Positions 38,563 to 44,280 of a DNA stretch of 44,280 nucleotides are shown here, piece by piece. Where the stretch lies: assembly GCA_944380025.1 (NCBI GenBank), contig CALWGL010000001.1, forward strand, positions 1 to 44,280, read 5' to 3'. Both the position numbers and the translations under genes were made by a program. The notes beneath the pieces were generated by a model. The model was given only the letters and a program-made list of their open reading frames with translations, did not search any database and had not been told where the DNA came from. This DNA comes from an uncultured Lachnospiraceae bacterium (GTDB taxonomy: Bacteria; Bacillota; Clostridia; Lachnospirales; Lachnospiraceae). Every line of letters begins with the position of its first letter. The stretch's first letter is position 1.

Positions 38563-38680
38563 CCTCGCTTTCCGCCGCCGACAGGCGGCATTCGTTTGTA
38601 AGAAATTGCCTGTCAGGGCAATTTCCAGGCCGAGCGGAAGGCCCGGCCGCCTCGCTTTCCGCCGCCGGTGAGGCGGTATT
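38563..38680 (-). repeat. Four-hairpin leader element with terminal direct repeats, second full copy
   Basis: AATRCCGCCT..CGGCGGCGGAAAGCGAGG twice, 87 bp apart, enclosing two hairpins. Confidence 0.8.
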
Positions 38681-38696
38681 TGTTTTTTATGGTCTT

Positions 38697-38752
38697 ACTT
38701 TATCATGAGATTATAAGGAAAATTTTAAGGCAATTCTGAAGAAATTCTAAAG
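38697..38752 (-). promoter_or_regulatory. Extended -10 with phased direct repeats (possible OmpR-family activator site)
   Basis: Minus strand CTTTA/CTTCA/CTTAA/CTTAT at 11-12 bp spacing, then TG-A-TAAAGT. Confidence 0.5.
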
Positions 38753-39820
38753 ACAGGGCGGAAGGGAGAGGGAAATTTCCACGGTAAAATCCTGCCGGTC
38801 TTTGTGGAAATCCAGAGTTCCGCCGTAGTCGGCGGCAATGCGCCGGATGCTGTTCAGGCCGATTCCGCTGCTTTCCGGGGCGTTTTCTATGTGCTGTCGG
38901 ATCCCGTTTTTCTGCGTTATGGTCAGATGGCGTTCCTTTCCGGTGATCAGAAGCTCCACCGGCCGTTGCGGGTCCGCGTATTTTTCCGTATTGGAGGTCA
39001 GATTGTCAAAAATGCGGCGGAAGGCGTAGATATCGGCCATTCCGGAAAAATCCGAAAGGCCGGAAAGATCCACTTTGCATGGAAAGCGCTCTTCCAGGTT
39101 TTCTTCCCATTCCGCGGCCAGCTGTTCCATCAGGAGGCGGATATGTTCCACCGGTTCCGGATTTCTCGTTTCTCTTCCGAGAAGCCGGTCGGTCAGCTCG
39201 CGGATCTGTTCTGTTTTTGTCTGCATCAGGCGGATATAATCCCGCATTTCCGTTTCACTCAGGCTGTCTCGGTCCTGCAGCAGCTGTGTGTAGGAGAGCA
39301 TGGAGGTGAGGGGCGTGCGGATATCGTGGGACAGGGAACGGACCCAGGCGTTCTTTTCCTCCTGTATTTTCTGTTCCTTTGCGGCAAGCTCCTTTTCGGA
39401 CGCGGCAAGCGCGTTAATCCGTTCAGCCAGCTCGGTCAGCTCGTCGTCGCCTTCGAGGGGAATGGCGGAATCCAGGCGGCTGGCCTGGAGCGCATCCACG
39501 CCCCGGATGATTTTCAAAAGATAGGCCATCCGCTGTCCCAGAAGAAACAGAAACAGGATCAGAAAAATGACCACGGATGCCGTCAGACAGAGGTTTCGCA
39601 GCCAGATTTTCAAAAGGGCCTGACCGGAAGCGCCCGGCAGGATTCCCAGCTGAGCCAGATAAGTGTCCGCAAGGGATTCGGAAGTAAAATAAAGAAAGCA
39701 GAAAGTAAAGGCGGAAATGGCAAAGGAAACCAGGAGAAATTCCAGAATCTCCCCTGCCAGGCGTCTTCTTTTCCGGGAAACTGCTTTTTTTCGGGAATCC
39801 GTTTTTCTTTCAGTCCGCAT
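38747..39820 (-). CDS. Sensor histidine kinase (2 TM, HAMP, HisKA)
   Basis: HAMP DELTELAERIN, H-box SLSHDIRTPLT, N-box RIFDNLTSN..KYA, SGIGL; start 39820 overlaps regulator stop. Confidence 0.92.
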   Translation of the reverse strand: MRTERKTDSRKKAVSRKRRRLAGEILEFLLVSFAISAFTFCFLYFTSESLADTYLAQLGILPGASGQALLKIWLRNLCLTASVVIFLILFLFLLGQRMAYLLKIIRGVDALQASRLDSAIPLEGDDELTELAERINALAASEKELAAKEQKIQEEKNAWVRSLSHDIRTPLTSMLSYTQLLQDRDSLSETEMRDYIRLMQTKTEQIRELTDRLLGRETRNPEPVEHIRLLMEQLAAEWEENLEERFPCKVDLSGLSDFSGMADIYAFRRIFDNLTSNTEKYADPQRPVELLITGKERHLTITQKNGIRQHIENAPESSGIGLNSIRRIAADYGGTLDFHKDRQDFTVEISLSLPPCL

Positions 39821-40535
39821 AATATCCCTTTCCCCAGGCGGTTTTGATATAGCGGGGATTTTTGGAACTGTCCCCCAGCTTTTTCCGGATGTTTTTGATG
39901 TGAACCATGATGGCGGCATCGCCCACCGCTTCTTCCTTCCAAACGCTCTGATAAATGTTTTCCAGAGAATAAATTTTTTTACGGTGTGTGAGCAAAAGCT
40001 CCAGGATCCGAAATTCCGTTCCGGTAAGGGCGATCATTTCTCCGTTCCGGCTCACGGACTGGCTGTCCGTATCCAGAACCAGATCCTGATACCGGACCTG
40101 AGCGGGCGTCTCTGCGGGCGTCTGCGGTTTCCCTGAGAGCGCTGCGCCGGTCGTTGGAGAACTGTAATGGCGCACCCGGCGAAGAAGCGCCTTTACCCGA
40201 AGCAGAAGCTCCGCGTTGGAAAAGGGCTTTACGATATAATCGTCCGCTCCGGCCGAATAGCCGATCGCCCTGTCGGATTCCCCGGAATAGGCGGTGAGAA
40301 AAATGATTGGCGCGCAGGTCTGTCTGCGCAGCTCGGTGCCTGCGGCGAAGCCGGACATCACCGGCATATTGACGTCCAGAATAAACAGATCGATGGTACC
40401 ATCTGCCTTCTTCAGGACTTCTTCTCCGTTCCTGGCGGAAATGACCTGATAGCCTTCTTCTTCCAGAAGCATCCGGAGGACGTTCCGGATTTCCGGATCG
40501 TCGTCCGCGATGAGTATTTTTCCGTGAGTTTCCAT
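39810..40535 (-). CDS. OmpR/PhoB-family response regulator
   Basis: ILIADDD, LDVNMP, FLTA, GADDYIVKPF, VHIKNIRKKL..YIKTAWGKGY; ATG 40535 behind GGGGAG. Confidence 0.95.
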   Translation of the reverse strand: METHGKILIADDDPEIRNVLRMLLEEEGYQVISARNGEEVLKKADGTIDLFILDVNMPVMSGFAAGTELRRQTCAPIIFLTAYSGESDRAIGYSAGADDYIVKPFSNAELLLRVKALLRRVRHYSSPTTGAALSGKPQTPAETPAQVRYQDLVLDTDSQSVSRNGEMIALTGTEFRILELLLTHRKKIYSLENIYQSVWKEEAVGDAAIMVHIKNIRKKLGDSSKNPRYIKTAWGKGYYAD

Positions 40536-40665
40536 AAAGCTCCCCCTGACTGTCTGTTCTGCATCCACTGTACCACAGACCGGCGGGTTTGTCATTGAAA
40601 TCAGAGAAAATGCAGCAGCTTCTTGCGCCTCGCTGTCGGATGTGTAACATACATTCCCTTTCCGG

Positions 40666-41910
40666 TTACCAGTTCATCCTTCCTTCCATCCGCACTTTTT
40701 CCTGCCCGGAAATGATCTCTCCGATTTCATAGCAGGGACATTGCCGGGATACCAGGCGTTTTACGGTGTCTGCATGCTCCCGGCCTGCTACCAGAACCAG
40801 ACCGGCTCCGCAGTTGAAAGTATGAAGCATTTCGTCCTCCCGGATTTCTCCCTGCTCTCTGATATAACGGAAAATGGCAGGAATACGGAGACGGGAAAGA
40901 TCGATGCGGGCCGTCAGGCCATCCGGGATCACCCGGCACAGATTGCCTGCTATTCCGCCTCCGGTAATATGAGCCATGGCATGAAGAAGTTTTCTCTCCG
41001 TCGCTTCCTTCACTGCTTTATAATATGGTGTGTGCGGCTTCATGATCTGCTCAATAAAGGTCAGCCCCTCGATCCTTTCCAGCTTGATCTGGGGCATTCG
41101 TTCCATCATCAGCCGGACGAGGGAATATCCATTGGTGTGCAGGCCGTTGGACGCGGCTGCCAGAACCACATCCCCTTCCCGGACCGCGCTTCCGTCAATG
41201 ATCCTCTCCTTCTCCGCAATTCCGGCAATGCTCGCGGTGAGAACATAGGTGCCCGCGTTTACTACCTGCGGCTGGATGGATGTCTCTCCGCCTACAAGGG
41301 AACACTCATTTTCCCGGCAGGCATCGGAAATTCCCTTTACCAGCGCGTGGATTGTATCCTTTTCCGCGTTTCCGCAGACGATGGTATCCAGTACGGCGAG
41401 AGGTCTTGCGCCCATCACGATGATGTCATTGACCAGATGATTGATCATATCATGGCAGATCGATTCCGTATAGCCATATTCCACAGCGAGCTTCTGTTTG
41501 GAACCCGGCTCCTCGGATTTCAGAACCAGAACGGGATGCTTCATGTCGGGAAAGTCAATGTCATAAAGGGAGGCAAAGGCGCCAAGGCCGTTCAGTACCC
41601 GGCAGTCTCTTTGTTCCAGCACTTTTGCCATCTCCCGTTTCATGGCGTCTGTATAGGCAATGTCCACACCCGCCCTGCTGTAGGAGAGCCCTTCCTTCTT
41701 TTCCCTGCCTGCCAGAAGTTCATCCGTCGTTACCCCCAGCACAGCGGCAAGCTCCGCCAGCAGTTCGATGTTGGGGGATGCGGTACCGTTTTCCCATTTG
41801 GATACCGCCTGAAAGGAAATGTTCAGCCGTCCCGCAAGCTGCTGCTGAGTCAGGCTGTGCTGTCTTCTTTTTTCCGCGATAAAAACTCCAATTTTTTGCA
41901 TATCCAGCAT
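40666..41910 (-). CDS. XRE-family HTH fused to a divergent PurM (AIR synthetase)-like domain
   Basis: First ~70 aa LTQQQLAGRLNISFQAVSKWENG; remainder YSRAGVDI, VND, GGET, SNGLHTNGYSL, HITGGG, TFNCG; AAAGGAG RBS. Confidence 0.9.
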   Translation of the reverse strand: MLDMQKIGVFIAEKRRQHSLTQQQLAGRLNISFQAVSKWENGTASPNIELLAELAAVLGVTTDELLAGREKKEGLSYSRAGVDIAYTDAMKREMAKVLEQRDCRVLNGLGAFASLYDIDFPDMKHPVLVLKSEEPGSKQKLAVEYGYTESICHDMINHLVNDIIVMGARPLAVLDTIVCGNAEKDTIHALVKGISDACRENECSLVGGETSIQPQVVNAGTYVLTASIAGIAEKERIIDGSAVREGDVVLAAASNGLHTNGYSLVRLMMERMPQIKLERIEGLTFIEQIMKPHTPYYKAVKEATERKLLHAMAHITGGGIAGNLCRVIPDGLTARIDLSRLRIPAIFRYIREQGEIREDEMLHTFNCGAGLVLVAGREHADTVKRLVSRQCPCYEIGEIISGQEKVRMEGRMNW

Positions 41911-42064
41911 AATTTTCCGCTCCTTTCTCCGGAAATCAAGCCAAAGGCGGCTTTCCTGTCTGCGGTTATTTTATCCTGTCCGGGTCCGGTGTGCACTAAC
42001 CGCCGCATAGAATCCGCTCCGCCGGATTCAACCGCAGGTTGAAAGCTTGAGCAGAAAGCCGAAT

Positions 42065-42106
42065 GGCCGGACAGACCTGCCCTGTAAGGGGAAAGTCTGT
42101 CCGGCC
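42065..42106. terminator. Hairpin downstream of the anti-sigma-like gene
   Basis: GGCCGGACAGAC...GTCTGTCCGGCC perfect 12-bp stem, no clear U tract. Confidence 0.45.
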
Positions 42107-42160
42107 AACTGTCTACGCCGCTGCGGCTTCGGGGTATCGTGTGAGCGTCCGCCCGGAAGG

Positions 42161-43693
42161 TTACTGGACGGCGGTGGTCTGCGTATCGCCGGACCTTGCG
42201 ACGAGCCGGATTTCTTCCGGGTTGGTCTGGGCGGGGAGGCTTGCCGTCATGATCTGGAAACGGGTGAGAATGGTATCCCCGACAGCCAGATCGGAAGCGG
42301 AAAGCGTGGAACTTCCGTCCAGACTGAGAACTTTGGTATTTTCATTTGGAAGCAGGTTCAGGCTCTGGTCGGTGACGATGGTTACCTGGCCGTCGTCACC
42401 GATCTGGATATCCGTGATCTGCGCATAGGTGGGGATGGCGGTGTCCTCCTGTACATCGCAGAATACTACAATGGCGTTTGCCATGGGAGGGATGCTCCTG
42501 GTCATGGCCGGGCTGATGTCGGCGTAGAGGATTTCTCCAACCGGAATAGAGGCAAGATTCTTTTTGGAGTAATCTTCAGCGGAGAGAATCAGGGTATCCT
42601 CCGTGATATTCAGAAGAATCTGGGGATAAGCCGCGCCTTCCTCGTCATTTTCCAGAAGGATCTGTCCATTCTTTATTCCTCCGATTGCGATTTCATTTGC
42701 GGCTCCGGATACCCGGATGGAAGAGTCCTGAGATACCGCGGAATCCTGCGCCGCTGCGGTGTCTTCGTCTGCCGGATCCGGCGCGGCCACGGCGGGAGCC
42801 TGGGCCACAAGCCGGATCTCATCGGGGGTGGTCTGAGCGGGGATGCTCATGGTCATGATGGAGTAGCGCACCAGGATCGTGTCTCCGGCCATCAGCCCGG
42901 CCGCGGAAAGGGTTTCCGTCCCGTCCAGGGAAAGGACGGGGGCGTCCGGGGTGAGGTTCAGGATCAGATCCTGATCTGTGGAAACGCGCAGATTTCCGTC
43001 CTCATCGGCGCTGACGTCCGTGATGGTCCCATAGGCGGGAACGGCGGTATCCTCCGGAATCTCGCAGAAGAGGGTGAAGGTGTTCGTCATGGGAGGAAGG
43101 CTTCTGGTCATTACAGGGCTTACGTCCGCGTAAACAGTGTCGCCGACCGCAAAGTCGGAGAGGGCCTTTTCACTGCAGTCTGCAGCGGAGAGGATCAGAG
43201 TGTCCTCCGTAAGGTTCAGAAGGATCTCGGGATAAGCCGCGCCCTCTTCCTCATTTTTCAGAAGGATCTGATCGTCGCTGATCTCCGCTATGATTCCGGT
43301 TACCCGAAGGGAGGAAGGGGCGGTCTGCTCTGCGGCAGGGCCTTCCATGGAAGGATCCGCTTCGGAAGTATCGTCCATGGAAGCCGGGGCGGCAGAATCT
43401 CCGGAAGCATCTTCGGGAAGGCCGTATGCGGCCGCCTCCGGCGTCTGGCCGTTCTGAGAATCTGCCATGCGGGCCTGGGAGGCCGGATCGTTTTCTGTGG
43501 GGGTGCGAAGGCTGTCCGCGGGAAGTGCGTTAAGAACGACGAAGCCCAGCACGCAGGCTGCGGCGAGGGTACCGGCAGCGGCAATCCATTTTTTTTCCAT
43601 ATGTCTCTTTCCTTTCTTGATTCCTTTCCGGACAGCGTCAGAGAGGCCGTCGGGCAGGGGGATGTTCTGATAGTTTTCTTTTCCTTTATTCAT
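42161..43693 (-). CDS. Putative membrane anti-sigma factor with duplicated ~170-aa extracellular module
   Basis: RsiV-like N-terminus KENYQNIPLPDGLSDAVRKGI, single TM, two homologous repeats; directly downstream of ECF sigma; AGAAAGGAG RBS before 43693. Confidence 0.75.
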   Translation of the reverse strand: MNKGKENYQNIPLPDGLSDAVRKGIKKGKRHMEKKWIAAAGTLAAACVLGFVVLNALPADSLRTPTENDPASQARMADSQNGQTPEAAAYGLPEDASGDSAAPASMDDTSEADPSMEGPAAEQTAPSSLRVTGIIAEISDDQILLKNEEEGAAYPEILLNLTEDTLILSAADCSEKALSDFAVGDTVYADVSPVMTRSLPPMTNTFTLFCEIPEDTAVPAYGTITDVSADEDGNLRVSTDQDLILNLTPDAPVLSLDGTETLSAAGLMAGDTILVRYSIMTMSIPAQTTPDEIRLVAQAPAVAAPDPADEDTAAAQDSAVSQDSSIRVSGAANEIAIGGIKNGQILLENDEEGAAYPQILLNITEDTLILSAEDYSKKNLASIPVGEILYADISPAMTRSIPPMANAIVVFCDVQEDTAIPTYAQITDIQIGDDGQVTIVTDQSLNLLPNENTKVLSLDGSSTLSASDLAVGDTILTRFQIMTASLPAQTNPEEIRLVARSGDTQTTAVQ

Positions 43694-43714
43694 GGCTGCG
43701 CTCCTTTCTGACAT

Positions 43715-44185
43715 TCAGACCATGGCGGTCCGCAGTTTTCCGATGACGCGGTAAAGTCGGGTTTTCACCGTGCTTTCCGGAAGCTTCAGGATGGACGAGA
43801 TTTCCCGGAAGCTCCTGTCCTCGAAATATTTCAGGATGATCAGGGATTTTTCATCCGGGGAAAGGGCGTCCAGCGCCTGATACAGGTCGAGCCTGTCGTC
43901 CACGGAAAGCTCCTCTTCCTTCGCGGGAAGGGAGTCGTCGGGTTCGTGAAAATCGAACCGGTTCTGCTTTTTCAGCAGGTCGCAGGCGCAGTTGATGACG
44001 ATGCGGCTCATCCAGGTATCGAAAAATTCCGGTTTTTCCAGGCGGCCAAGATGGATGAAGCCCCGGTAGGCGGCCTCGGAGACGATCTCCAGCGCGTCAT
44101 GTTCGTTTTTGACGTAGCAGTAAGCCAGCCGGTAGAATTTTGCCTGCGATTCCTCCATACGCCGGGCAAACTGTTTTGCTGTCAT
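43715..44185 (-). CDS. ECF RNA polymerase sigma factor (SigV-like)
   Basis: FYRLAYCYVKNEHDALEIVSE, FDTWMSRIVIN, region 4 REISSILKLPESTVKTRLYR. Confidence 0.92.
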   Translation of the reverse strand: MTAKQFARRMEESQAKFYRLAYCYVKNEHDALEIVSEAAYRGFIHLGRLEKPEFFDTWMSRIVINCACDLLKKQNRFDFHEPDDSLPAKEEELSVDDRLDLYQALDALSPDEKSLIILKYFEDRSFREISSILKLPESTVKTRLYRVIGKLRTAMV

Positions 44186-44192
44186 GAATCTT

Positions 44193-44254
44193 CCTCACTT
44201 TCTGCCGCCGGAAGGCGGCATTTTAATCAGAGAAGAATCCCGAAGGGATTCTTT
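44193..44254 (-). repeat. Leader element copy (hairpins 3 and 4 plus SD) upstream of ECF sigma; may extend beyond the window
   Basis: Minus strand AAAGAATCCC-TTC-GGGATTCTT..AAAATGCCGCCTTCCGGCGGCAGAAAGTGAGG. Confidence 0.7.
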
Positions 44255-44280
44255 CAGGAAGGCGACAGATCGGAAGAGCG

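Overview
Mostly housekeeping chromosome segment of a GC-rich clostridial bacterium; gene content and protein style suggest Lachnospiraceae (inference). In order: gdpP-like 3' end-rplI-dnaB, a MerR-like HTH protein, a 56-aa 2x[4Fe-4S] ferredoxin missed by the ORF track, a pyruvate formate-lyase locus, DUF1858, mecA, spore/cell-wall hydrolases, sua5-rpiB-upp-dCMP deaminase, a MoxR/DUF58 module, queT with a preQ1-I riboswitch, dnaD-dnaC/I-prs behind a DnaA-box cluster, murC, glgCD-spoVG, T-box-thrS, a GH27 glycosidase, a two-component system, an XRE-PurM fusion and an ECF sigma/anti-sigma pair. No rRNA, tRNA, CRISPR array, integrase or transposase was recognised. Best candidates for novelty: (1) a PFL split into a catalytic gene and a separate, in-frame 80-aa glycyl-radical gene; (2) a multi-hairpin leader element ending in the Shine-Dalgarno sequence that recurs, with compensatory stem changes, before four unrelated genes; (3) an XRE HTH fused to a PurM paralogue with rewritten active-site motifs; (4) a modular TIR-bounded palindromic repeat family on both sides of thrS. 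All calls were made by eye from motifs; no database search or folding program was run.
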